Source of the DNA: Geobacteraceae bacterium
GTDB lineage: Bacteria > Desulfobacterota > Desulfuromonadia > Desulfuromonadales > Geopsychrobacteraceae
DNA length: 64,000 nt
Assembly: GCA_007125165.1 (NCBI GenBank)
Contig: SLDV01000075.1
Coordinates: forward strand, 25,927-89,926
Direction: 5' to 3'
Shown piece by piece: positions 48,317-57,005 of the stretch. Every line of letters begins with the position of its first letter. Position 1 is the stretch's first letter. A program made the position numbers and the translations under genes. The notes beneath the pieces were generated by a model. It searched no databases. It saw only the letters and a program-made list of their open reading frames with translations, and was not told the DNA's origin.

Positions 48317-50776
48317 TTATTTGATCTCCTCCAGTCGCCCGGCTACACGCTTGAGAGTAAGGCTGTTTAACACAACGCAAACACTGGACAAAGCCATGGC
48401 AAGTCCGGCGTATTCAGGCTTCAGGTAGAGACCGTAGTGGGTATAAAACAATCCCGCAGCCAGGGGGATAAAAGACAGGTTGTAAAAAAATGCCCAGAAC
48501 AGGTTCTGTTTGATTTTTTTTAACGTCTGGCGCCCCAGCTCTACTGCTCGCACCAGGTCAAAAAGATCAGCGCCAATCAACACCAGGTCGCCGGTCTCAC
48601 GAGCCACGTCTGTGCCCGTTCCGATAGCCATTCCAACATCAGACTGGGCCAGGGCCGGCGCATCATTGATACCGTCACCAACCATTCCCACGCGGTGCCC
48701 CCGCTGCTGATACTCCTTGACCAGGGCCAGTTTTTGATCAGGAGTAACCTCCGCCACAGCTCTGTCAATACCCAGTTGCGTCGCTACCGCTTCAACCACA
48801 TCTTGACGGTCACCACTGACCAGCACGGTCGTAATATCAAGTTGATGCAAACGTTTTACTACCGCCGCAGCACTTGATCTAAGTTGATCCGACAGGGCAA
48901 TAACCCCTTGCAGGCTGCCATCCACAGCTACAAATACCAGTGACTTACCATCTACACCTTTTTGTTCAAGCTGTTCAAGCAATGCCTTTGAAGAGATCTC
49001 AGTACTCTCCATCAAGGCACGATTGCCGCAGACGACAAACTGTTTATTGACAAAACCACGAACCCCCTGCCCCCCTAATTCTTCAAGCTTGTCGGGTTTT
49101 GACGGCACTGAAACGCCGCTTTCCTGCGCAGCGGCAACAACAGCCTGGGCGAGAGGGTGGTTACTACCCTGTTCAAGGGAGGCCGCCAACGACAGGACCT
49201 CATCTGCAGTGAGATTGCCACAGGGTAAGATCTTATCGACCTTGAATTCACCGCTGGTCAAGGTGCCCGTCTTATCAAGAAGCATGACATCCAGCCGCGA
49301 GATCATCTCAAGGGTGGAGGCTTTTTTATAGAGAATCCCACGCTCAAGGCCAACGGCACTGCCAACCATGATCGCCGTCGGAGTTGCCAGGCCCAGGGCA
49401 CAGGGGCAAGCAATAACGACAACCGCGATAGCCATCTGAAATCCGGTTAAAAAAGGTGCTTGAACAACCAGATACCAGACAATAAAAGTTAACAGTGACA
49501 AAATGACAACAACGGGAACAAAAAAAGCGGAAACCCGATCGGCAAAACGCTGAATCGGTGCCTTGTCGGCCTGGGCATTTTCAACAAGTCGGACGATACG
49601 CGCCAGCACAGCATCTTCACCGACACGGGTCGCTTTTATATACAGCAAACCGCTACGATTAATGGTCGCACCGATAACTTCCATGCCCGGCTCCTTGTGG
49701 ACAGGAACAGCTTCACCGGTAATCATCGACTCATCGACGGCAGCCGTCCCCTCTAACACCTCGCCATCAACCGGTATCGTATCACCGGGCCTTACCAACA
49801 GGGTGTCTCCCGGTTTGACCTGTTGTGCCGGGATGCTCCGCTCTTTTCCATCAACTACGAGAATGGCAACATCTGCCTGCAGTTGAAGGAGTTTTTTCAG
49901 CGCATTGCCGGCCCGTCCTTTAGCGCGCGATTCGAGCCACTTGCCAAAACGAATAAACAGAATCAGCATGACGCTGGTTTCAAAAAAGATCGCCACCTCA
50001 TCACCCAGCAGACCAAAAAGGGCCAGCATAGAGTACCCATAGGCGGCGGTAATTCCCAGGGAAACCAGCACATCCATATTGGCAGTACGATTTTTCAGGG
50101 CCAACCAGGAACTGCGATAAAAACTGAGCCCGGCGGTAAACTGAACGATGGTGGCAAGGATACCACTGGCCAGCAGTTCGACCCGATAAGGAATTGGAGC
50201 AAACATCATCAACATAATGGGCACGCCACCGGCAGCGGCAACAAGAACCATCAACAGCTCTTTTCGCGAAGCATCAGCCGCAGACTGATCTGTCTCAGCA
50301 GAAGCTCTGAATCCTGCCTGTTCTACCGCGGTAAAAATTTCTTGCGGGGTAACAGTATCCGGCGCAAAAGAGACCTGAGCAAAATTACCGGCCAGATTAA
50401 CACTGACCCGATCGATGCCAGCCAGAGATGACAGCTTCTTTTCGATTGTTGCCGCGCAGGAAGTGCAACTCATCCCGCCAACGGCAAAACGTAGCTGCTC
50501 CTGACTGAGGTTGGGAGAACTTTCCAGCCGCGCTTTAACGACGGCGGTGTCGGGATCAGGGTCAGATGTTGCCGACTTGATAAAAAAGTCAGTATCGCTG
50601 AGGGCATTGGTAATTTCATCGACTGGAAGCGAATGCCCCGGGGTCAGGGTCAGATAAGCTGACTCTTCTGCCAGATCAACCCTGGCAGAAGCAATGGCCG
50701 GCAATGCCTGCAAAATGTCCGTCACTCTGGCAACACACTTGCTGCACTTCATGCCGCCGATCCGAATAATCTCCAT
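48317..50776 (-). CDS. copA: Copper-translocating P1B-type ATPase
   Basis: Two HMA domains (GMKCSKC, GMSCTSC), CPC in IACPCALGLATP, DKTGTLT, GDGINDAP. Start set at ATG 50776, after AAGAGGTG. Confidence 0.9.
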   Translation of the reverse strand: MEIIRIGGMKCSKCVARVTDILQALPAIASARVDLAEESAYLTLTPGHSLPVDEITNALSDTDFFIKSATSDPDPDTAVVKARLESSPNLSQEQLRFAVGGMSCTSCAATIEKKLSSLAGIDRVSVNLAGNFAQVSFAPDTVTPQEIFTAVEQAGFRASAETDQSAADASRKELLMVLVAAAGGVPIMLMMFAPIPYRVELLASGILATIVQFTAGLSFYRSSWLALKNRTANMDVLVSLGITAAYGYSMLALFGLLGDEVAIFFETSVMLILFIRFGKWLESRAKGRAGNALKKLLQLQADVAILVVDGKERSIPAQQVKPGDTLLVRPGDTIPVDGEVLEGTAAVDESMITGEAVPVHKEPGMEVIGATINRSGLLYIKATRVGEDAVLARIVRLVENAQADKAPIQRFADRVSAFFVPVVVILSLLTFIVWYLVVQAPFLTGFQMAIAVVVIACPCALGLATPTAIMVGSAVGLERGILYKKASTLEMISRLDVMLLDKTGTLTSGEFKVDKILPCGNLTADEVLSLAASLEQGSNHPLAQAVVAAAQESGVSVPSKPDKLEELGGQGVRGFVNKQFVVCGNRALMESTEISSKALLEQLEQKGVDGKSLVFVAVDGSLQGVIALSDQLRSSAAAVVKRLHQLDITTVLVSGDRQDVVEAVATQLGIDRAVAEVTPDQKLALVKEYQQRGHRVGMVGDGINDAPALAQSDVGMAIGTGTDVARETGDLVLIGADLFDLVRAVELGRQTLKKIKQNLFWAFFYNLSFIPLAAGLFYTHYGLYLKPEYAGLAMALSSVCVVLNSLTLKRVAGRLEEIK

Positions 50777-50880
50777 GATCACCTCTTTATTGCTGCTGTA
50801 ATGTCCGGCGTCGGTTCGAACTGAGGCAAAATGTTTTCCAATTAACACTGTTCTTCCACTTGAACCCTTCCGGGTTCAAG

Positions 50881-50945
50881 CACCCCTACCCTGACCCTCA
50901 GGATAAGGGGATAAGGTTGTATCTACGGAAGGTTGGTATAATCAG
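50881..50945 (-). repeat. MITE-like element copy C (5' half only)
   Basis: The reverse complement ctgattataccaaccttccgtagatacaaccttatcccc..gggtcagggtaggggtg matches the first ~65 nt of the element. Abuts hairpin 50859-50880. Confidence 0.65.
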
Positions 50946-50955
50946 CAAACTTTTC

Positions 50956-52266
50956 TCAGCAACGAATAATATCAATCGGGCCCTCGGCAAGTCTTTCCAG
51001 ACCTTCAAGTAGCCCCCAGGGTGAAGAATCGACAACCTCAATTCGCACGCCCAGGGCGCGACTCAGGTCAGCAACACTCATATCATCAAGAAAGCTCTCT
51101 TTGTCAGATCTTAACATGACATCAGGCACAAGTAACGGTCTGCCATTCAAGATATCACCAAGTTGCCGGACCATATCCGCGCCGGTTACCAGCCCTGCTA
51201 CTGTGACGCCGGAGCCGAAAAATGTATTTTCGATACCGACAACCTCTATATCCACCCCGGTACGCAACGCTAGCCGTTGAGAAAAAGATGTCAGCTCCGG
51301 CAGAAAAGAGTGCCCGGTAATAACAACAGCAGCAGCAACATCTATCGGGTCAGCTTCGATCAGCACCTCTTTTGCTTCGTCGCGAAAACCGGCCAGCAGA
51401 CCGACGCCGTTTTCTACCTGTGGCAGATCTTCATACTCATCAATCTGCGGAACAGGAAGGCCGGCCAGCAGATACATTTCATCAGCGGCGTAAACCAGTC
51501 GGGTTCCATGCTGTTGTAAAAATTGCCGTTGCAGAATTTTCAGGTGTTCAACACACTGCACAGCATCTGCACTTGTCAGCGGTCTGAGTACCGGCAGGTG
51601 CTCACGATAGCGGGTCAAGCCCACAGGGACAACGGCTATGGATGCAACCTGAGGATGCAAAGTTGCCAACTTGGTGATGGTTTCCTCAAGTACGGTGCCA
51701 TCGTTGATTCCAGGACACAGAACAATCTGACAATGAAGCAGAATGTCTGCTTGGGCAAGCAGCTCAAGCAGCGGAACAATATCCGGAACCTTGCAGCCGA
51801 GCAATTGATCGCGCACCTGTGAATCGGTGGCGTGGACAGAAATATACAAAGGGGAGAGCTTTTCTGTTGTAATGCGGTACAGATCCTTCTGCTCAAGGTT
51901 AGTCAGGGTAATAAATGAGCCATACAGATAAGAAAAACGATAATCCTCATCCTTGATGTAGAGGCTGCGCCGCATTCCTTTTGGAAGCTGGTGGACAAAA
52001 CAGAAAACACACTGGTTACCGCATTGTTGAGGTTCCGGATGCTCGACTTCAAGGCCGAAATCTTCGTCAGGCAGCTTTTCACATGCAACCAGGATACGTT
52101 CATCCCGGCGGAGTATTTCGAAACTAAGACAGTCGGATTCAAGGGCGCGAAAGTAGTCGACCAGATCGTTGATCGGGTGTGCGTTAATCGTTACAAGCAG
52201 ATCACCAGCCTCTATTCCTGCCTCATCGGCAAGGCTTCCTGATGTTACCCGGTCAATACCAATCAT
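50956..52266 (-). CDS. PDZ + radical-SAM-like + DUF512-type protein
   Basis: 436 aa. N-terminal PDZ-like region (GSLADEAGIEAGDLLVTING), CGNQCVFC (Cx3Cx2C). The C-terminal half resembles DUF512 proteins, from memory. Confidence 0.7.
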   Translation of the reverse strand: MIGIDRVTSGSLADEAGIEAGDLLVTINAHPINDLVDYFRALESDCLSFEILRRDERILVACEKLPDEDFGLEVEHPEPQQCGNQCVFCFVHQLPKGMRRSLYIKDEDYRFSYLYGSFITLTNLEQKDLYRITTEKLSPLYISVHATDSQVRDQLLGCKVPDIVPLLELLAQADILLHCQIVLCPGINDGTVLEETITKLATLHPQVASIAVVPVGLTRYREHLPVLRPLTSADAVQCVEHLKILQRQFLQQHGTRLVYAADEMYLLAGLPVPQIDEYEDLPQVENGVGLLAGFRDEAKEVLIEADPIDVAAAVVITGHSFLPELTSFSQRLALRTGVDIEVVGIENTFFGSGVTVAGLVTGADMVRQLGDILNGRPLLVPDVMLRSDKESFLDDMSVADLSRALGVRIEVVDSSPWGLLEGLERLAEGPIDIIRC

Positions 52267-52306
52267 GTAATGTGAAACTCCTGCAGAGGGATTAAATAAA
52301 CATTTT

Positions 52307-52472
52307 CCTGACTGGAACTAATCTTCCGTAGATACAATCTTATCCCCTCTCCCTGAAGGAGAGGGTTAGGGTGAGGGGGAGATTTTGACCATTTCAAGCC
52401 CCCTCATCCGGCTTTCAGCCACCTTCTCCCCCAGGAGAAGGGCTCACAAGTGGCCGATTGGTGCTAATCAGG
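52307..52472 (+). mobile_element. MITE-like element copy D (reference copy) with perfect 8-bp TSD
   Basis: 166 bp. Direct repeats AACATTTT at 52299-06 and 52473-80. TIRs CCTGACTGGAACTAATC versus the reverse complement of the end, CCTGATTAGCACCAATC (13 of 17). Three internal GC hairpins. No ORF. Confidence 0.85.
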
Positions 52473-52524
52473 AACATTTTTGGTTAGCTATTTGACTCCG
52501 GTAAATCAGAAAAGAGGAAAAAGA

Positions 52525-52614
52525 TTCTGCGACTTCGCTTCGCTACGCGCAGAATGACGCCCGGTTCTTTTCCATAAATGTGCTTCTTTGTCATCCTGCG
52601 CGAAGTCGCAGAAT
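52525..52614. repeat. Nested inverted repeats (GTCATYC...GAATCC family member)
   Basis: attctgcgacttcgc (52525-39) is the exact reverse complement of gcgaagtcgcagaat (52600-14). Inner gcgcagaatgac/gtcatcctgcgc matches 11 of 12. A local alternative hairpin attctgcg/cgcagaat is possible. Confidence 0.6.
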
Positions 52615-52711
52615 CCAGATTGCCAGCGGGGAGCATCGCTTTCGATCCTCCACCCGGCACAATGGGAGCAAAGTGGATAACCAGATAAACATTTTTACGG
52701 ATGCGCGGCAA

Positions 52712-52768
52712 CACCCTGCGAACAACAAAAGCGGCACCATGGGCGCCGCCTTTGTTGTTCGCAGGGTG
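52712..52768 (-). other. 57-nt perfect hairpin 16 nt downstream of the hfq stop
   Basis: 18-bp arm caccctgcgaacaacaaa/tttgttgttcgcagggtg plus inner gcggc/gccgc. There is no U-tract after it on the minus strand, so it is not a canonical terminator. Confidence 0.7.
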
Positions 52769-52783
52769 TGTGGTTAATGGCAT

Positions 52784-53017
52784 TCAGTCGCGACCACCAT
52801 GCAGACGAAAGGTACCATCAGAAGAGGTAATAGTACTTACTGCGTGTTTATAAATCAGAATATCGCCATCGCTTTCTACCAAAATACAGAAGCTGTCAAA
52901 TGATTTGATGTAGCCGGAAAGTTTATCTCCAGACATCATGATAATTACGACCTTAACCCGTTCTTTGCGCGCCTGATTCAGATACTGATCCTGGATATTG
53001 AATGGTGACTTGGCCAT
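52784..53017 (-). CDS. hfq: RNA chaperone Hfq
   Basis: 77 aa. QDQYLNQARKERVKVVIIMMSGDKLSGYIKSFDSFCILVES..YKHAVSTI (Sm1/Sm2). Confidence 0.95.
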   Translation of the reverse strand: MAKSPFNIQDQYLNQARKERVKVVIIMMSGDKLSGYIKSFDSFCILVESDGDILIYKHAVSTITSSDGTFRLHGGRD

Positions 53018-53027
53018 GTCCGCTCCT

Positions 53028-53963
53028 TTAATGACAAATCAAATGATCAATGTATCCCGATACTCTATCAGACTTGTGATTGGAATCAACCCAAATCATA
53101 TCAGGCTCTTTGCGAAACCACGTCAATTGTTTTTTCGCATACTGACGCGTTTTCGTCTGAATCCGGGCGCACATTGTTCCTGCGTCATATTCGCCGGCCA
53201 GATGCTCCAGCACTTCACGATAGCCAAGGGTCTGCAGGGCCTTAAGATCGCTGCCGTAACGACGAACCAGCATTTCAACTTCAGCAACCAGCCCAGCTTC
53301 CAGCATTTTTCCGGTGCGCAGATCGATGCGTCGATAAAGAACCTCCCGCGGATAATCATAAGCAATTTTCACAACGCGATAGGAACAGTCGATAAAATCA
53401 TGCCTCGCCTTGATGGCGGAAAACTTATGCCCGGTCAACAAACAGACTTCCAGTGCCCTCACTGTGCGGATCAGATTATTGGGGTGAATTGCGACGGCGG
53501 CCTCAGGGTCCAGCTGCTGCAGCTCGCGATGCAGGGTGCCACTTCCCTGCTCCAGTTCACGAGTGTGCAGATTTTTACGCAATGTCTCATCGCCGGTCGG
53601 CAGATCCGCCAGACCGCCAAGCAACGCTCGGATATAAAGACCGGTACCACCAACAACACAGGGCAGTCGACCGCGCTGATGAATCTGCTCGATCAAGGGC
53701 CGAGCCTGATCGACAAAAGCTGCTACCGAAAACTCCTGATCCGGATCGATCAGATCAATCATATGGTGTGGAACCAGAGCTTGTTCAGCAACCGATGGTT
53801 TTGCTGTACCGATGTCCATCATTCGGTAGATTTGACGAGAATCGGCAGAAACAATCTCCAGCGGATGACGTTGTGCCAGGTCCAGCGCCAGCGAACTTTT
53901 GCCGGAACCTGTAGGGCCACAGATCACCAGCAGGGGAATTTTCTCAACAGGTTTCTTTTTCAT
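53028..53963 (-). CDS. miaA: tRNA dimethylallyltransferase
   Basis: P-loop GPTGSGKSSLAL, SADSRQIYRMMDIGTAKP, GGTGLY. Confidence 0.95.
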   Translation of the reverse strand: MKKKPVEKIPLLVICGPTGSGKSSLALDLAQRHPLEIVSADSRQIYRMMDIGTAKPSVAEQALVPHHMIDLIDPDQEFSVAAFVDQARPLIEQIHQRGRLPCVVGGTGLYIRALLGGLADLPTGDETLRKNLHTRELEQGSGTLHRELQQLDPEAAVAIHPNNLIRTVRALEVCLLTGHKFSAIKARHDFIDCSYRVVKIAYDYPREVLYRRIDLRTGKMLEAGLVAEVEMLVRRYGSDLKALQTLGYREVLEHLAGEYDAGTMCARIQTKTRQYAKKQLTWFRKEPDMIWVDSNHKSDRVSGYIDHLICH

Positions 53964-55810
53964 CCGTGACGACGAAACAAACGTTCAACTTCGTACAAGG
54001 TCAAACGGGCCAGAACTGGACGACCATGAGGGCAGTTTCCTCTGAAATCAACCTGATCCAGATCGGCAAACAGCGCCCTGATTTCTTCCTGATTTAATGC
54101 CTGATTAGCACGAACAACACGATGACAAGCCATCCTGATCAAGACATTATCTATCGACTCGGACAGCCTTCCCTCCCGACCGAAGCGCTCAATATCCAAA
54201 GCGACATCGGTGACCAGCCTGATAACAGATCCTGAAGCCAGAAGCGTCGGCACTGCTTTTATCGCAAAAGATTTACCGCCAAAAGGCTCAACCTCAAACC
54301 CCAGGCGCTCCAATTCAACCAGGTTATCTTCGAGAGCAGCAGCACTGTTGTAGTCAAGCTCAAGAATTTCGGGAAACAGCAGTTGCTGTCGCGGCACCCG
54401 ACCGCGTTCGTAAAAGTCTTTCAATTTCTCGAAGCCGACCCGTTCATGGGCTGCATGTTGATCGATAAGCAACAGATCTTCATCCTGCTGACACAAAATA
54501 TAGGTCTGATGGTATTGCCCAAGAACATGCAAGCTGGAAAAGAAACCCTTTGTCGTACCCGGAAGAACATCCTGCTGCCCGGCACTATTAACAGCGTTCA
54601 TCTCAGGAGGTGAAGAAAATCCGGCAGATGGCTCCTTACCCGCAGCAGGATCCGAACTTCTGAACAGGTACGGCGCAATACTTTCCCCGACTTCCTGTCT
54701 GCAGCGATGTTCACCTGCCGGCGGCAATTCCGGCCCATCTTCACCCTTTGCTGGAGCCTGCTGATTTTCAGCAGGCAAGGCTGGTTTGTCAGCAGTGGCG
54801 GGCGATATCCACTCTGTCGGCTTTAACATCCGACGAATGCTGTGGGTTATGAAATCATGCACAAGGCCCTGCTCCCGAAAACGAACTTCATGCTTGGTCG
54901 GATGAACATTGACATCGACCTGGGCAGGATCGATCTCTAAAAACAAAACCACCACCGGATAACGCCCTTTCATCAGCAGCTGTCGATAACCTTCCATCAC
55001 AGCATGCTGAACAACCCGATCACGAATGTATCTGCCGTTAATAAATGTGTAAATATGACTGGTGGATGAGCGATTCAGACCAGGCTGAGAGATAAGGCCT
55101 GAAAGATACAGGCTTTCTGTTCCAACCTGATCCAAAGGCAACATATCACGCAACAAAGACCGCCCCAAAAGAGCAGCAAAACGTTCAGGTAAAGCCTTCT
55201 CACCGCGCAGGTCAAGCAGAACCCGATCGTTATGCAGCAAGCGGAAACTCACGTCAGGGCGTGCTAACGCCAGCTTGGAAACCACATCCGCGCAGTGCCC
55301 GAGTTCAGTCTGGTCTTTGCGCAGGAATTTTTTCCTGGCTGGCAGATTGAAAAAAAGATTTCTTATTTCAACGACCGTTCCGATGGGCAGACCAATCTGG
55401 TCGACCTTTTTTATCTGCCCACCTTCTATCTGTATCTGCTGACCTAGACCATCATCGGTATTACAGGTTTTTAAACTCAGTCGCGATACCGACGCAATAG
55501 ATGCCAGCGCTTCACCGCGGAAACCCAAGGTTTTCAGTGCAAACAGGTCGGTGTCTGAACTAATTTTACTGGTGGCATGCCGCTCGAAACACAGTAATGC
55601 GTCCTGACGATTCATACCGCAGCCATTGTCAGTTATTCTGACCAACGATTTTCCACCGCCACTAAGCTCAATTAAAATCTCATTTGCTCCGGCATCAATG
55701 GCATTTTCCAACAATTCCTTGACGACTGATGACGGGCGCTCTACCACTTCGCCGGCTGCGATTTTGTTACACAAATCTTCAGGCAGAATCTGAATGGTCG
55801 CTTTATTCAT
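53960..55810 (-). CDS. mutL: DNA mismatch repair protein MutL
   Basis: IAAGEVVERPSSVVKELLENAIDAG, GFRGEAL, C-terminal dimerisation domain QHAAHERV. Confidence 0.95.
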   Translation of the reverse strand: MNKATIQILPEDLCNKIAAGEVVERPSSVVKELLENAIDAGANEILIELSGGGKSLVRITDNGCGMNRQDALLCFERHATSKISSDTDLFALKTLGFRGEALASIASVSRLSLKTCNTDDGLGQQIQIEGGQIKKVDQIGLPIGTVVEIRNLFFNLPARKKFLRKDQTELGHCADVVSKLALARPDVSFRLLHNDRVLLDLRGEKALPERFAALLGRSLLRDMLPLDQVGTESLYLSGLISQPGLNRSSTSHIYTFINGRYIRDRVVQHAVMEGYRQLLMKGRYPVVVLFLEIDPAQVDVNVHPTKHEVRFREQGLVHDFITHSIRRMLKPTEWISPATADKPALPAENQQAPAKGEDGPELPPAGEHRCRQEVGESIAPYLFRSSDPAAGKEPSAGFSSPPEMNAVNSAGQQDVLPGTTKGFFSSLHVLGQYHQTYILCQQDEDLLLIDQHAAHERVGFEKLKDFYERGRVPRQQLLFPEILELDYNSAAALEDNLVELERLGFEVEPFGGKSFAIKAVPTLLASGSVIRLVTDVALDIERFGREGRLSESIDNVLIRMACHRVVRANQALNQEEIRALFADLDQVDFRGNCPHGRPVLARLTLYEVERLFRRHG

Positions 55811-55829
55811 GATTGATCTTCATTCGCAT

Positions 55830-55865
55830 CAAAAGGTAACGGCCGGGAAAGTTCCGGCCGTTACT
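55830..55865 (-). terminator. Strong hairpin with U-run only ~20 nt upstream of the mutL ATG
   Basis: Minus strand 11-bp stem GUAACGGCCGG/CCGGCCGUUAC followed by CUUUUGAUG. Follows the ExeA-like gene stop. Confidence 0.65.
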
Positions 55866-55890
55866 GGGATTCATATGGATAACATTCTGC

Positions 55891-56793
55891 TCATTTCTGT
55901 TCCAGATCGTCAAACACGATCTCCAGATCGCTATCATCCGGAGCTTCCTCAAAAAAAGGAGAAGACTGAAGTGGAGTCAGTTGTTTCAAGCCCAGATCTT
56001 CGACAACGCTGGTGACAATTCCTTCTGTCACTTCTTTACCGTGGCGCAAATAAGTTTCAAAAAGGGCGTTGTCGCAAATGGTATTGATTAATCGTGGCAC
56101 TCCGCCTGAGTAGCTCTGAATCAATGGTAAGGATTCGGGTAAAAAGGGCGATTGCTCACAACCGGAAACGTTGAGACGAAATGATATATATGCCGCTGTT
56201 TCACGCGGCTCAAAAGGTGTCAGGGTATATTTGAATGCGACCCGCTGAGCCAATGGCTCATCAAGTCTCATGACCTCTTCCAGAGCAGGAAGACCGAAAA
56301 ATATAATATTAAGGAGCTTTTTACTCGGAATTTCGAGGTTTAACAGACCACGGAACTCTTCCATCAACGCACGAGTCTGCAGCATTTGCGCCTCATCAAT
56401 CAACACGACGGCCTTGCGCCCTTCCTGCTCAATCTGCAACAACCGCTCGAACAGTTGCTTCAGCATCTTCAATGGGCCGGCATCGGGATTCTCCACTCCG
56501 AGCTGAACACAGATACGCGAAAGCAACCATTCAGGAGTAATGTCTGAATGAATCATCACCAGCAGTGATGATTCATAATGCTCGACCGGAAGGTTATCGA
56601 GCATTCGGCGAGCAAGGGTTGTTTTGCCGGTACCCACACCACCAACAAGAACAGCCAGCCCTTTGTCGGTATCGACAGAGTATTTCAATCGTTGCAGCGC
56701 CCGCCGGTGCTGCTCACTGTCATAGTAAAATTTTTCGTTCGGGGCATTGGAGAACGGCTCCCGTTCGAAATTGAAATAATCTGTGTAACCCAT
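55891..56793 (-). CDS. ExeA/MshM-like AAA ATPase
   Basis: Start set at ATG 56793 (MGYTDYFNFEREPF). Walker A GGVGTGKTT, Walker B VVLIDEAQ. No peptidoglycan-binding C-terminal domain. Confidence 0.75.
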   Translation of the reverse strand: MGYTDYFNFEREPFSNAPNEKFYYDSEQHRRALQRLKYSVDTDKGLAVLVGGVGTGKTTLARRMLDNLPVEHYESSLLVMIHSDITPEWLLSRICVQLGVENPDAGPLKMLKQLFERLLQIEQEGRKAVVLIDEAQMLQTRALMEEFRGLLNLEIPSKKLLNIIFFGLPALEEVMRLDEPLAQRVAFKYTLTPFEPRETAAYISFRLNVSGCEQSPFLPESLPLIQSYSGGVPRLINTICDNALFETYLRHGKEVTEGIVTSVVEDLGLKQLTPLQSSPFFEEAPDDSDLEIVFDDLEQK

Positions 56794-56837
56794 AAAGCCC
56801 CCGTTTCCATTTATCGTACAAAAAGGCAAAATTTTTT

Positions 56838-56999
56838 TCTGACTATAGCTCACTCTTCCGTTGACACACTATTCCCCTCTCCCTGTGGGAGAGGGCCAGG
56901 GTGAGGGGGAGGTTTTGACCATTTCAAGCCCCTCCTCCGGCTTTCTGTACCCTTCTCCCCCAGGAAAAGGGTACAGGCGGAAGATCTGTACTAATCAGA
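56838..56999 (+). mobile_element. MITE-like element copy E
   Basis: Aligns with copy D over its full length. Flanked by near-identical A/T 8-mers AATTTTTT (56830-37) and AAATTTTT (57000-07). Fills the spacer between the TPR and ATPase genes. Confidence 0.8.
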
Positions 57000-57005
57000 A
57001 AATTT

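Noticed and set aside
50859-50880. CueR/MerR-type operator for copA
   Set aside because: The dyad is present, but no -35/-10 pair with the 19-20-bp spacing typical of MerR promoters is present, and no MerR-family gene is adjacent.
52484-52783. 99-aa minus-strand ORF downstream of hfq
   Set aside because: It is built entirely from the long hairpin and the palindromic repeats. It has no SD and a repeat-derived peptide (VILRVAKRSRRI).
52998-53969. 323-aa plus-strand ORF
   Set aside because: It is entirely antisense to miaA, which has unambiguous motifs. The ORF has low-complexity composition and no motif, so it is a shadow ORF.
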